Source: Clostridiales bacterium
GTDB taxonomy: Bacteria > Bacillota > Clostridia > Saccharofermentanales > Saccharofermentanaceae
Direction of reading: 5' to 3'
NCBI GenBank assembly: GCA_017513085.1
Contig: JAFWDK010000010.1
Coordinates: 256,001 to 320,000, forward strand
DNA length: 64,000 nucleotides
The notes beneath the pieces were generated by a model. That model was not told where the DNA came from. It saw nothing but the letters and a program-made list of their open reading frames with translations, and made no database searches. Shown one piece after another: positions 10,353 through 20,327 of the stretch (within the stretch, counting starts at the first letter, position 1; each line of letters begins with the position of its first letter). The position numbers and the translations under genes are program-made.

Positions 10353-11339
10353 ATGGCGATTCGTATTGGTATTTATGGTTATGGTAATTTAGGTAGAGGT
10401 GTAGAGTCCAGTATCATGCAGAATCCGGATATGGAACTGGTCGCGGTATTTACCCGTCGTGATCCGGCATCACTTCAGATCCAGACAAAAACAGCTAAGG
10501 TTTTGTCTGTAAACGATTGTGAATCAATGAAAGATCAGATCGATGTTATGATCCTCTGCGGCGGCAGCGCAACTGATCTTCCGGTTCAGAGCCCGAAACT
10601 TGCTTCTATGTTTAATATCGTGGATAGTTTTGACACTCACGCAAATATTCCTACTCATTTTGATGAAGTAGATGCAGCAGCTAAGGCAGCAGGTACTGTC
10701 GGCGCGATTTCCGTAGGTTGGGATCCGGGTATGTTTTCTCTTGCTCGTATCTATTCTTCCTGCATCCTTCCGGAAGGTGAAAGCTATACATTCTGGGGTA
10801 AGGGCGTCAGCCAAGGCCATTCTGATGCAATCCGCCGCGTTCCGGGTGTAAAGAACGGTAAGCAGTACACGATTCCGGTTGAAAGTGCTCTGGCAGCCGT
10901 TCGTTCCGGTGCCCAGCCGAAGCTTTCCACCAGAGAAAAGCACACACGTGAGTGCTTCGTTGTTGCAGAGGAAGGCGCAGATCTTGCAAAGATCGAGTCG
11001 GATATCAAGAATATGCCGAATTACTTTGCTGATTACGACACGACAGTTCATTTTATCAGCGAAGAAGAACTTGAGAAGAATCACAGCGGCATTCCTCATG
11101 GCGGTTTCTGCATCCGTTCCGGTGTTTCCGGTCTCAATAAGGAAAATAAGCATGTTATCGAGTATAGCCTGAAGTTGGATTCCAACCCGGAGTTTACTGC
11201 AGGTGTACTGGTCGCATATGCTCGTGCCGTATATCGTCTTTCCCAAGAGAAAGTTACCGGCTGTAAGACAGTACTTGATATTGCTCCGGCTTATCTCAGT
11301 CCTTTGTCCGGCGAAGAACTTAGAAAGACTTTGGTATAA
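10353..11339 (+). CDS. ddh: meso-diaminopimelate D-dehydrogenase
   Basis: GYGNLG, CGGSATD, DSFDTH, VGWDPG, TFWGKGVSQGHS, HGG, NPEFT; AAGGAG RBS. Confidence 0.95.
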   Translation: MAIRIGIYGYGNLGRGVESSIMQNPDMELVAVFTRRDPASLQIQTKTAKVLSVNDCESMKDQIDVMILCGGSATDLPVQSPKLASMFNIVDSFDTHANIPTHFDEVDAAAKAAGTVGAISVGWDPGMFSLARIYSSCILPEGESYTFWGKGVSQGHSDAIRRVPGVKNGKQYTIPVESALAAVRSGAQPKLSTREKHTRECFVVAEEGADLAKIESDIKNMPNYFADYDTTVHFISEEELEKNHSGIPHGGFCIRSGVSGLNKENKHVIEYSLKLDSNPEFTAGVLVAYARAVYRLSQEKVTGCKTVLDIAPAYLSPLSGEELRKTLV

Positions 11340-11355
11340 GGTATTTCATTATTCA

Positions 11356-11420
11356 AAAGCAAAGAAGAATGCTTTCGTTGTGTTTCCGGTCAATTGGAAA
11401 TACTCCGAAAGCATTTTTGC
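11356..11420 (+). terminator. Long imperfect stem-loop after ddh (terminator or 3' stabiliser)
   Basis: AATGCTTTCG...GTTTCC / GGAAAT...CGAAAGCATT followed by Ts. Confidence 0.55.
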
Positions 11421-11431
11421 TGTCTTGGGGT

Positions 11432-11462
11432 AAAAAAGAACCGGAAACTGTAAGTTTCCGGT
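11432..11462 (-). terminator. Terminator of tRNA-Leu(CAG)
   Basis: ACCGGAAAC-tgtaa-GTTTCCGGT right after the CCA end; T-run on the minus strand. Confidence 0.8.
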
Positions 11463-11463
11463 C

Positions 11464-11550
11464 TGGTGCGGATAGCAGGACTTGAACCTGTATGACCTTG
11501 CGATCACTAGCACCTGAAGCTAGCGCGTCTGCCAATTCCGCCATATCCGC
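11464..11550 (-). tRNA. tRNA-Leu(CAG)
   Basis: Reverse complement GCGGATATGGCGGAATTGGCAGACGCGCTAGCTTCAGGTGCTAG...GGTTCAAGTCC...TATCCGCACCA; long variable arm; TTGCAT-17-TAATAT promoter at 11591-11563. Confidence 0.95.
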
Positions 11551-11670
11551 AAGTGCTTAATAATATTACCAATAGATTCGGAAAAATGCAAGGCAATTTC
11601 TCAAACAAAATCCTGATTTTTTAAAACTTGTGATAAAATATTAACATAAAGACAATGGAGGTGCTTTTTT

Positions 11671-11892
11671 ATGGATATTAAAGCGAAGATTGAAGAAGTA
11701 GTTAAGAAAGTACAGGCTGATCCTTCTGTAGCTTCCAACTTTGAGAAGGAACCGGTTAAGACAGTAGAAGGCATCATCGGTGTCGACCTTCCGGATGATG
11801 TGATCAATGGTGTTGTTGACGGCGTTAAAGCGAAGTTGTCTGCAGATAGCGCGAGTGGAATCGTTGACAAGGTTAAGGGTCTGTTTTCCTGA
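11671..11892 (+). CDS. Small hypothetical protein (73 aa)
   Basis: GGAGG RBS, extended -10 TGaTAAAAT, own terminator, normal codon usage. Confidence 0.8.
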   Translation: MDIKAKIEEVVKKVQADPSVASNFEKEPVKTVEGIIGVDLPDDVINGVVDGVKAKLSADSASGIVDKVKGLFS

Positions 11893-11925
11893 TCTTTGTA
11901 CTTTTTAAAATATAACGCTTTATCT

Positions 11926-11960
11926 AAATGCCTCTTAGATATTTGTCTGAGAGGCATTTT
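11926..11960 (+). terminator. Terminator of the 73-aa gene
   Basis: AAATGCCTCTTAGA / TCTGAGAGGCATTT stem. Confidence 0.7.
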
Positions 11961-11968
11961 CAGAAGAA

Positions 11969-11997
11969 GAAAGGCCGTTCTATATGAACGGCCTTTC
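11969..11997 (-). terminator. Terminator of the regulator-esterase transcript
   Basis: GAAAGGCCGTTC-tatat-GAACGGCCTTTC; T-rich tail on the minus strand. Confidence 0.7.
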
Positions 11998-12040
11998 AAT
12001 CTATAAAATGAGGAGTGAAAAAAATATTGTTCAGCGGTGT

Positions 12041-15013
12041 TTAGCCGTGAATAAACTTAAAGGATTTCAGCATGACGTCTCCGCCGCCTGTATATGTAAG
12101 GTACAAAGGTTTAACGCCATCTTCGATCTTGCAATCAGCTGTATACTTTTCCCATACTGTCATGAAATGTACCGGGATCTTTGCCAGAACCGGGCCATCC
12201 AAGCTTGTTCGAACTTCAAATGTGCCATCTCCGTAGCCACGTACTTTGATCTCGATTCCGGTTACATTCTTAAAGTCAAAATACTTAAAGCCGATGACTG
12301 TGTTTTCTCGGATCTGAGCGATATAAGCCGGATCTTTGTCGCCATCTTTGCCTTCCTGAACGATCCTGGCAACATTGTGCTGACCGACATATGGATTTTT
12401 CTCCGCTGTCGGATTGAAGATGTTGCAAGCAATGTAGGAAGGGTATTCTTCCGTGTCGCGGAGCGGACCATTGTTCAATCCGCAAGAAGTCATCTCAACC
12501 TGACGGATACTTCCATCTGCTTCAAAAGCAATCTTCTCCGCACAGCCTTGACGGGAATACCAGGTGTTGTTGGTATGACGGTGATAGAAGATATACCAAT
12601 CCGGACCGATCTGAACTATGCTTCCGTGGTTGTTCGCACCATAGGCGGACGGTCTGTCGGCTTCTTTGTAAGAAGAGATTCCCAGATCGCAGTTGCTAAT
12701 GATCACACCACCATAGGTGAATGGACCTTCCGGATCAGTAGCAGTTGCATAGCAAAGCTCATGCATGACCTGTGAAGAATAAACGAAGTAGTAAATACCG
12801 TTTCTTTCACGGATGGAAGGTGCTTCGAAGAATGCGTGGCCTTCATAATCCGTGCCTTTCGCATACATGGTGCCGGGAACGATAAAAGCGGGTGCTTTTT
12901 TGATCGTGAGCATATCCGGACCAAGTATGGTTACCATGGCTCCGTGTCTGGAAGCATCAGTCTGTCCACAGAATCCGGTATAAAGATATGTGGAATCACC
13001 AATCGTGATAACACCCGGATCGAACTGAGGCTCGTCTGTGTCTTTTTTGCCGAGCAATGTGCCGTCTTCGTAATGAACATGGCCATAGAATTTGAATGGT
13101 CCCTGTGGTTTGTCGCTTTGAGCAACCGCGACAACACTTTGGTTGTCGAGAACATAGAACAGATAGTATTTTCCATCCGGTCCGACGGTTACATCCGGTG
13201 CATAAAGACAGCCTTGGTCGTTCTGGTTGTCCGGGTCGTCTGAGCGGCGGTATGAAACACCTTCATACTTCCACGAACCGAGGTCATCGATCGGTGCCGA
13301 CCAGCTGACATAGTCTCCCGGACAGAAAGCGTAACCATTCCAAAAATCGTGCGAACCGTAAACATATACGCGGTTGCCAAACACATACGGTTCACCATCC
13401 GGAATGTATTCCCAGGAAGGCAGATAAGGATTGAAAGCCTGTTTTTTGAGCGGAACCTGCATACTTGCGATACTGGCATCCGGACGGGCAGAAGAAGATA
13501 CTGTTCCTAAAGCACGATCTGTGAGCCAGTCGATAAAGAACTGAATAAACGCTGAATCCTGTACCTTCGCGATAGGTCCATCCGGAGTGAAATGCATTTC
13601 ATTCTGAGCATTATTCTTGTAAGCGAGCCATTTCGGCATTTCGGAACCGTCAATATCCAGACCGTTCGGATTACCATTCTTAATAAAGTTGGTGATGTAG
13701 TTTGTCATTTTGCGGGCGATGTCGAAATGTCTGCCTACAAAAGGTCTCCAGCATGCAGCCAATGTTTCAAAGAAGAACCAAAGATCTACGGAGTGGAATG
13801 TACCCGGATCATCTTCACCTGGAATATCTACTTCAAAACTATAGTAGAATCCCGGTGCGGCCGTTTTATCCAAGGCAGCTTTGACAGAACACTCTATGCC
13901 GCGGACGTTAGCATACTTGTTTCCGTCTTCAACATTATATGATTCAGGGAAGGAGAGGAATTGTTCCGCACGGTCCCCGAAGGTGGCACGAGCTTGTTCT
14001 TCAAAAGCGGCTTTAGAATCTGCGCAAATAAAACTCTTGAATTCATCATAAGTGTTACCGGCAAGGATCGGTACATTGGCTTGCTTACCTTCGAGCATAA
14101 GCTGGAAAGGTTCGCCTTTTAAGTACACATGATCGATACAAGGTGTGAAAAAGAACATATTCTGATTACGGAAATCAGATGCTTTATGAAGCAGTGTCTT
14201 CGCATCGATCTTTCTTGCTTCTTCAATCGTACTGACACCAAGTGTTTCGAGGAATTTCTCACCCATTTTGCACGTTTCTTCGATTGGCTTGGGTGTGATC
14301 ACGCTATCTTTGATGTAAGGACTTTCAATAATTCCGGAATAAATGATAGCCTTTTGATAAAGACCAATGCTAGAAGGACTCGTAAGATGTGTAAGAACAC
14401 TTCCGCCACCGGCAGACTGACCTGCAATCGTAATGTTCTTCGGGTCGCCGCCGAAATTCTTGATATTCTTGATGACCCACTTAATACCGGCTTGTTGATC
14501 AAGGTTTCCGAAATTGGCCGGCGCATCCGGTGATTCTTTGCAAAGATCCGGATGAGTCAAGAAGCCAAAAGCACCCAGACGGTAGTTTACGCTGACGACG
14601 ATTACGCCGCGCTTGGCAATATTCTCTCCGTTGAATTCCATTTCGCGCGGATATCCCCATTGAAATCCGCCGCCGAAAAACCAGATCAAAACCGGAAGGT
14701 TATCATCTACGGAATTGGCACTGGTCCAAACGTTCAAATATAAGCAGTCTTCGTCCATTTCGATATCTTTGTCTACATGCCATTCCCGACAGTAGATATC
14801 TGTTCCGACACCAGGCTGGTCTTGCATGGAAATCGGTGCAAAATGACTGCATTCGCGAATGCCTTCCCAGTTCTCGCAAGGCTGAGGTGCACGCCATCTG
14901 TTTTCGCCGATCGGTGGCTGGGCAAAAGGAATGCCCTTGAAAACGGAGATTCTGGTGTTATTCCCCTGATAACCACGAACCAGACCGTTTTCTGTCTTTA
15001 CTAATTTAAGCAT
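12041..15013 (-). CDS. Type-B carboxylesterase / GH43 glycoside hydrolase / CBM6-like fusion, no signal peptide
   Basis: Esterase FKGIPFA, EDCLYLNVW, GGGF, NYRLG, GQSAGG, FHS; GH43 NPYLP..IPDGEP, YAPD, FDP, FEAP, NNHGS; C-terminal FKYFDF...LYLTY. Confidence 0.85.
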   Translation of the reverse strand: MLKLVKTENGLVRGYQGNNTRISVFKGIPFAQPPIGENRWRAPQPCENWEGIRECSHFAPISMQDQPGVGTDIYCREWHVDKDIEMDEDCLYLNVWTSANSVDDNLPVLIWFFGGGFQWGYPREMEFNGENIAKRGVIVVSVNYRLGAFGFLTHPDLCKESPDAPANFGNLDQQAGIKWVIKNIKNFGGDPKNITIAGQSAGGGSVLTHLTSPSSIGLYQKAIIYSGIIESPYIKDSVITPKPIEETCKMGEKFLETLGVSTIEEARKIDAKTLLHKASDFRNQNMFFFTPCIDHVYLKGEPFQLMLEGKQANVPILAGNTYDEFKSFICADSKAAFEEQARATFGDRAEQFLSFPESYNVEDGNKYANVRGIECSVKAALDKTAAPGFYYSFEVDIPGEDDPGTFHSVDLWFFFETLAACWRPFVGRHFDIARKMTNYITNFIKNGNPNGLDIDGSEMPKWLAYKNNAQNEMHFTPDGPIAKVQDSAFIQFFIDWLTDRALGTVSSSARPDASIASMQVPLKKQAFNPYLPSWEYIPDGEPYVFGNRVYVYGSHDFWNGYAFCPGDYVSWSAPIDDLGSWKYEGVSYRRSDDPDNQNDQGCLYAPDVTVGPDGKYYLFYVLDNQSVVAVAQSDKPQGPFKFYGHVHYEDGTLLGKKDTDEPQFDPGVITIGDSTYLYTGFCGQTDASRHGAMVTILGPDMLTIKKAPAFIVPGTMYAKGTDYEGHAFFEAPSIRERNGIYYFVYSSQVMHELCYATATDPEGPFTYGGVIISNCDLGISSYKEADRPSAYGANNHGSIVQIGPDWYIFYHRHTNNTWYSRQGCAEKIAFEADGSIRQVEMTSCGLNNGPLRDTEEYPSYIACNIFNPTAEKNPYVGQHNVARIVQEGKDGDKDPAYIAQIRENTVIGFKYFDFKNVTGIEIKVRGYGDGTFEVRTSLDGPVLAKIPVHFMTVWEKYTADCKIEDGVKPLYLTYTGGGDVMLKSFKFIHG

Positions 15014-15953
15014 TGTTTTCCTCCTTGATCTCCTTGTTGAAATAATATAGTTTCATTTTTATATTTTGACTGTAATCGCCGAATTCATCTCCGAAAAGCG
15101 TCATGCCGCCACAATTGGCTGTATCTTTCGGTACGGCAAACTTCAGGTTGATCTCACTGTTATAGTCAATGGCAAGATCATTGATCGTTACATCACCGAT
15201 CTTATGTGTTCCATCGATAAAAGTGCCTTTTTCATTGATCAGCAAAGTCTTCAGAAGGCCATACTGATTAAGTGGTGCCGGCCACCAGTTTGGCGAGATC
15301 AGGCCACGACGGTCTCCATAGTCACCGGGACTTACCCAGACTCCTAAGAGTTTGTCGTTTATGTAGAAATGGATATCACTAGGATAGTCATTATTAAACG
15401 ATGGACATTCGGAAGAGATCTCAAAAGAAATCTGTAATTCACGTATCGTTTGTCCGGCGCGAAGACGATTCGGCAGATTGTACTCGATCGAACCGTGACC
15501 AAGCCAGAGGACGCTGGCCTTAAACCGTTCCGGATAAGAAAAGACTCTTGGATCGTCAAGCTCTCCGATGATCTCCTGACTGGTAGCGATTCCACATGTC
15601 GGATGAATATCGGCTTTGGTATATTGACCGATAGCAATGCTGTCTTCGTAGTAGGGAAGAGCACGGTTATTCTGTGGTATAAACATATCAATAATGATCC
15701 TGTCATAGAGAGGAAGGATAATCTTCTGGATGCCACGTTTGCCGGAAGTCGTGGAGATCCGTATCAGTCCTGCCTTTTCCAGTTTGCTGATATGAAGCGT
15801 TACCGCGCTGTTGGTAATACCAAGAAGATTGGCCAGATCATTCATACTCAGATTCTGATTATGGTAAATAAGGTCCATGATCTGAATACGAGTATTAGTA
15901 CTTAAAGCTTTGAAGATTTCAGAAGCATCTTGTAGAGAATGCAAGCAAAGCAT
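15006..15953 (-). CDS. ArsR-type HTH transcriptional regulator with large C-terminal domain (COG4189-like)
   Basis: FKALS..TRIQI, HTH, GKRGIQK, PTCGIA, WVSPGDYG, QYGLLK; overlaps the esterase start by 8 nt. Confidence 0.8.
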   Translation of the reverse strand: MLCLHSLQDASEIFKALSTNTRIQIMDLIYHNQNLSMNDLANLLGITNSAVTLHISKLEKAGLIRISTTSGKRGIQKIILPLYDRIIIDMFIPQNNRALPYYEDSIAIGQYTKADIHPTCGIATSQEIIGELDDPRVFSYPERFKASVLWLGHGSIEYNLPNRLRAGQTIRELQISFEISSECPSFNNDYPSDIHFYINDKLLGVWVSPGDYGDRRGLISPNWWPAPLNQYGLLKTLLINEKGTFIDGTHKIGDVTINDLAIDYNSEINLKFAVPKDTANCGGMTLFGDEFGDYSQNIKMKLYYFNKEIKEENNA

Positions 15954-16215
15954 GCGTTATCCTCCCTTTATCAAATTGTTAATTCAATTATGAAATACTA
16001 TATTTTTATCAGTTTATTTCATCATAAAATAAAATAAAACTCTGTTCAACATGACAAATTCAAGAAATGTTCCTTGAAAACTACATATTTGAGTTTTGGA
16101 CTATTGATATTTTTTTACATGTGGTTTAATTTAATTTAAAGCGAAGAATTAATCACTTTAGTGAAAGGTGAAACACACACCCTTTTTATTTCACTAAAAT
16201 GTGAAAGGAGTCTGT

Positions 16216-17730
16216 ATGTTTAAACTTGTTATCGATCCGCAGAAAGAACTCGGCTATATTCATCCTGAAGTTCAAGGTCATTTTTCCGAGCATCTTGGAA
16301 GATGTATTTATGAAGGTGTTTATGTTGGTGAAAACTCGGATATTCCCAATATTAATGGCATGAGAAAGGATGTTGTAGAGGCGCTTTCTGAACTTCATAT
16401 CCCTGTCCTTCGCTGGCCGGGCGGATGTTTTGCCGATGAGTATCACTGGAAAGATGGTATCGGCGAAAAGTCCAAAAGAAAGAAGATGATCAATACCAAC
16501 TGGGGTGGTGTGGTCGAAGATAACAGTTTCGGTACGCATGAATATATGGAGCTTTGCCGTCAGCTTGGTTGTAAAACATATATCAACGGTAATGTTGGTT
16601 CCGGTACGGTTCAGGAAATGAGCGAGTGGGTCGAGTATATGACGTTTGACGGCGTATCTCCTATGGCTGAATTGCGTAAACAGAATGGCCATGAAGCTCC
16701 CTGGACGGTCGATTATTTCGGAGTCGGTAATGAGAATTGGGGCTGCGGCGGAAATATGCTTCCGGAATACTATGCCGACCAGTTTAGAAGATATCAGTCT
16801 TACGTCAAGAATTATGATCCGAATAAGAAGATCAGCAAAATTGCATGTGGTCCGAATGCACAGGATTATGAGTGGACGGAGACCGTTTTGAGGCAGTGTC
16901 ATAAACTTTCCGGATCCTGGAACAATGCTCACGGATTTATGGATGGTATTTCTTTACATTATTATACATTGCCGTATGACTGGTCCAAGAAAGGCGCGGC
17001 TACCGGTTTTAACGAAAAAGAATGGTATATGACTCTTTCAAAAACTCTGTTTATGGAAGAACTTGTTCGTAAGCATTCTGCAATTATCGAGTCGTTTGAT
17101 CCGGACGGAAATATTGCTTTGATCGTTGATGAATGGGGAACCTGGTACGACGTTGAAGAAGGAACAAATCCTGGTTTCCTTTACCAGCAGAATACTATGC
17201 GTGATGCTCTGGTTGCCGGTATCAACCTGAATATTTTCAATAAGCATTGTAATCGTGTCAAGATGGCAAATATCGCTCAACTCGTTAATGTACTTCAGGC
17301 TGTCATTTTGACAGAAGGTGACCGTATGATCAAGACACCGACTTATCATGTTTTCAATATGTATAAGCATCATCAAGGCGGAACTCTTGTTGCGAGCCAT
17401 ATTAATGCGGATACCATAGGACTTGAAAAAGAATACATGGTTCCGAATCTTCATGAATCCTGTTCGAAAGATAAAAACGGCAAATATCACATTACTCTTG
17501 CGAATCTTTCCTGTTCGGATCCTTATGATATTGAAACTACTCTTACCGGCAACCCCGTTAAATCTGTCAAAGCACAGATCGTAGAGGGCAAAATGGATGC
17601 GAAAAATACGTTTGATGAGCCGGATACGGTTTCGGTAAAAGACTTTGATTCGGTATCATCCGAAAACGATAAGATCCGTTTTACGATCCCTGCCTGCAGT
17701 GTGATGCTTCTTGAGGTCGAATTGGCATGA
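16216..17730 (+). CDS. abfA: Intracellular alpha-L-arabinofuranosidase (GH51)
   Basis: [47 protein letters not shown]; ATG 16216 after AAGGAG. Confidence 0.93.
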   Translation: MFKLVIDPQKELGYIHPEVQGHFSEHLGRCIYEGVYVGENSDIPNINGMRKDVVEALSELHIPVLRWPGGCFADEYHWKDGIGEKSKRKKMINTNWGGVVEDNSFGTHEYMELCRQLGCKTYINGNVGSGTVQEMSEWVEYMTFDGVSPMAELRKQNGHEAPWTVDYFGVGNENWGCGGNMLPEYYADQFRRYQSYVKNYDPNKKISKIACGPNAQDYEWTETVLRQCHKLSGSWNNAHGFMDGISLHYYTLPYDWSKKGAATGFNEKEWYMTLSKTLFMEELVRKHSAIIESFDPDGNIALIVDEWGTWYDVEEGTNPGFLYQQNTMRDALVAGINLNIFNKHCNRVKMANIAQLVNVLQAVILTEGDRMIKTPTYHVFNMYKHHQGGTLVASHINADTIGLEKEYMVPNLHESCSKDKNGKYHITLANLSCSDPYDIETTLTGNPVKSVKAQIVEGKMDAKNTFDEPDTVSVKDFDSVSSENDKIRFTIPACSVMLLEVELA

Positions 17731-17978
17731 GCGAGCAAAGGGTCTGCAAAAGATGTCTGCTAAGTCAGATGGATAAAGGACGTTATGATCAAATCGTTCT
17801 TCGCGCTTTGACGGCCATTTCAGATGCGGATCGGACTTGCGAAAAAAACTATGAAGAGCGGTTACATATATGCCGCTCTTGTGATAACTTAATTAGTGGA
17901 ACCTGTCTTTCTTGTGGATGCTATGTAGAGATCAGGGCGGCAATGAAAAAGGGCAGATGCCCGAAGAAAAAGTGGTGA
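17727..17978 (+). CDS. Small Cys-rich protein (DUF6171-like)
   Basis: CxxC...CxxC...CxxCGC...CP..KW; ATGA overlap with the GH51 stop. Confidence 0.75.
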   Translation: MSEQRVCKRCLLSQMDKGRYDQIVLRALTAISDADRTCEKNYEERLHICRSCDNLISGTCLSCGCYVEIRAAMKKGRCPKKKW

Positions 17979-17986
17979 GGTGCAAT

Positions 17987-19582
17987 ATGGATGCTAAAGA
18001 GTTATTAATTCAGGGTAAAGCCGTTTTGGGAATTGAGTTTGGTTCTACCAGAATCAAAGCGGTTGTTGTAGATGACAAAGGAAATCCTATCGCGTCAGGC
18101 AGCAAAGAATGGGAGAATGCCCTCGTTGATGGCATCTGGACTTATTCGGATGAGGCGATCTGGTCCGGACTCTCCGAATGCTATTCTGATCTTAAAAAGA
18201 ATATTCAAAATGAATACGGGATTATCGTTAAGAGTTTCGGTGCTATCGGTTTTTCTGCCATGATGCACGGATATCTTCCTTTTGACGCGAATGATAATTT
18301 ACTTGTGCCATTCCGTACCTGGAGAAATACGATCACAGAAGAAGCGGCGGACAAGCTTACGGAGGCTTTCCAGTTTAATATTCCGCAAAGATGGAGCATC
18401 GCTCATTTGTATCAGGCTATCCTGAACGGCGAGGCACATGTACCGTCGATCCGTCATTTCACGACTTTGGCCGGCTATGTTCATTTCCGCTTATGCGGAA
18501 ATAAGGTCCTTGGAGTCGGTGATGCTTCCGGTATGTTCCCGATCGATGACAAAACCGGAAATTATGATGAGGGTATGCTCGCGAAATTTGATTCTCTGGT
18601 TGCCGAAAAAGGCTTTGGTTGGAAATTGAAAGATATTCTTCCCAAAGTTCTTACGGCAGGTGAGAATGCAGGTGTGCTCACAGAGGCAGGTGCGGCTCTT
18701 CTTGATCAAGAAGGCGATCTTCAAAGCGGAATTCCGATGTGTCCGCCTGAAGGTGATGCAGGCACTGGCATGGTTGCCACTAATTCCGTCCGTATGGAGA
18801 CGGGTAATATCTCTGCCGGAACTTCTGTTTTCGCTATGATCGTTCTGAAAGAAAATATGAAACGTCTTCATAAAGAGATCGATATGGTTACCACACCGGC
18901 AGGCGCTCCGGTTGCAATGGTTCACTGCAACAACTGTACTTCCGAGATCAATGCATGGGTAAAGCTTTTTGACGAGTTTGCCAAAGCTATGGGACAGGAA
19001 TATGACCGTGGAGCGATTTTCGAGAAACTTTATGGAATTGCGCTGGATGGTGACAAAGATTGTGGTGGTTTGATCTCTTACAACTATTTCTCAGGTGAGC
19101 CGGTTACCGGTTTTGCCAAGGGTTGCCCACTGTTTGTCAGAAATGCTGAATCCGCATTTACTCTTCCGAATTTTATGCGTATGCATCTTTATTCGGCTCT
19201 GGCAGCTTTAAAAGTTGGCCTGGATATTCTTACAAAAGAAGAAAAAGTTGTTGTTAAGAAAATGTATGGTCATGGCGGTTTCTTCAAGACGCCTAAGGCA
19301 GGACAAACGATTGCATCTGCCGCGATCGGGTCTCCGGTATGTGTTATGGAAACAGCAGGAGAAGGCGGTGCCTGGGGTATTGCTCTCCTTGCATTGTATA
19401 TGATTTCGAAGGGCGAGGGCACGGCTCTTGCAGATTACCTGGATAACGAGATCTATGGTGGTTCTTCCGGTTCTGAAATTTCTGCTTCCAAGGAAGATAT
19501 GGACGGGTTTGCTGCATTTATGGATAAGTATGTTCCTGGTCTTGCAATCGAAAAGAGTGCGGTGGAGATCCTGGATAAGTGA
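17987..19582 (+). CDS. araB: FGGY-family pentulose kinase, probable L-ribulokinase
   Basis: LGIEFGSTRIK, AMMHG, FRTWRN, PPEGDAG, SAGTS, HGGFF, EGGAWG; directly upstream of araD. Confidence 0.8.
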   Translation: MDAKELLIQGKAVLGIEFGSTRIKAVVVDDKGNPIASGSKEWENALVDGIWTYSDEAIWSGLSECYSDLKKNIQNEYGIIVKSFGAIGFSAMMHGYLPFDANDNLLVPFRTWRNTITEEAADKLTEAFQFNIPQRWSIAHLYQAILNGEAHVPSIRHFTTLAGYVHFRLCGNKVLGVGDASGMFPIDDKTGNYDEGMLAKFDSLVAEKGFGWKLKDILPKVLTAGENAGVLTEAGAALLDQEGDLQSGIPMCPPEGDAGTGMVATNSVRMETGNISAGTSVFAMIVLKENMKRLHKEIDMVTTPAGAPVAMVHCNNCTSEINAWVKLFDEFAKAMGQEYDRGAIFEKLYGIALDGDKDCGGLISYNYFSGEPVTGFAKGCPLFVRNAESAFTLPNFMRMHLYSALAALKVGLDILTKEEKVVVKKMYGHGGFFKTPKAGQTIASAAIGSPVCVMETAGEGGAWGIALLALYMISKGEGTALADYLDNEIYGGSSGSEISASKEDMDGFAAFMDKYVPGLAIEKSAVEILDK

Positions 19583-19594
19583 GGTGGATAGATT

Positions 19595-20287
19595 ATGTTG
19601 GAAGAATTGAAACAAAAAGTATTTGAAGCAAATATGCTTCTTCCTAAATATGGACTGGTCACTTTTACATGGGGAAATGTCAGCGCCATTGACCGTGAAA
19701 GCGGTTTGTTCGTGATCAAGCCGAGTGGCGTTCCTTATGAGACGATGTGCGCGGATGATATGGTCGTGATGGATCTTGAGGGAAATCGAGTCGAAGGAAA
19801 ATATAAGCCTTCATCTGACACGCCGACGCACTTGATCCTTTATAAGCGTTTCCCGAATATCGGCGGCGTGGTGCATACTCATTCTTCGTACGCGACATCT
19901 TGGGCACAGAGTGGCCGCAGCATTCCGTGTTATGGTACAACGCATGCGGATTATTTCTATGGAAGCATTCCTTGTGTCAGATGTTTGACCAAAGAAGAGA
20001 TCGAAGCGGATTATGAAACCAATACAGGTATTTTGATCGCAGATTCTTTTGAAAAAGATTCTTTGGATTATGAGGCTGTCCCAGGTGTGTTATGCAAGAA
20101 TCATGGTCCTTTTACATGGGGAAAAGATGCTCATGAAGCCGTTCATAATGCGGTTGTGCTTGAAGAAGTGGCTAAGATGGCTTACCGTACGGAAATCATC
20201 AACAAAGAAGTGCTTCCGGCTCCCTCTGAATTACAAGATAAACATTATTTTCGAAAGCATGGAAAAAATGCTTATTATGGACAATAA
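19595..20287 (+). CDS. araD: L-ribulose-5-phosphate 4-epimerase
   Basis: [44 protein letters not shown]. Confidence 0.96.
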   Translation: MLEELKQKVFEANMLLPKYGLVTFTWGNVSAIDRESGLFVIKPSGVPYETMCADDMVVMDLEGNRVEGKYKPSSDTPTHLILYKRFPNIGGVVHTHSSYATSWAQSGRSIPCYGTTHADYFYGSIPCVRCLTKEEIEADYETNTGILIADSFEKDSLDYEAVPGVLCKNHGPFTWGKDAHEAVHNAVVLEEVAKMAYRTEIINKEVLPAPSELQDKHYFRKHGKNAYYGQ

Positions 20288-20327
20288 AAATGGTATAATA
20301 GAAAAATCAACTTAGGAGGTTTTTGAT

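Noticed and set aside
11440-11462. CCGGAAACTGTAAGTTTCCGG resembles the difSL core (CTGTAA)
   Set aside because: Symmetry is around a 5-nt loop, not a 6-bp spacer; it lies directly after the tRNA CCA with a U-tract, so it is explained as the tRNA terminator.
11353-11544. 63-aa ORF (and the 64-aa ORF at 34724-34918)
   Set aside because: Translations of tRNA genes, not proteins.
11984-12775. 263-aa + strand ORF opposite the esterase-GH43 3' end
   Set aside because: Starts within a terminator hairpin, lacks an RBS and is antisense to a well-supported gene.
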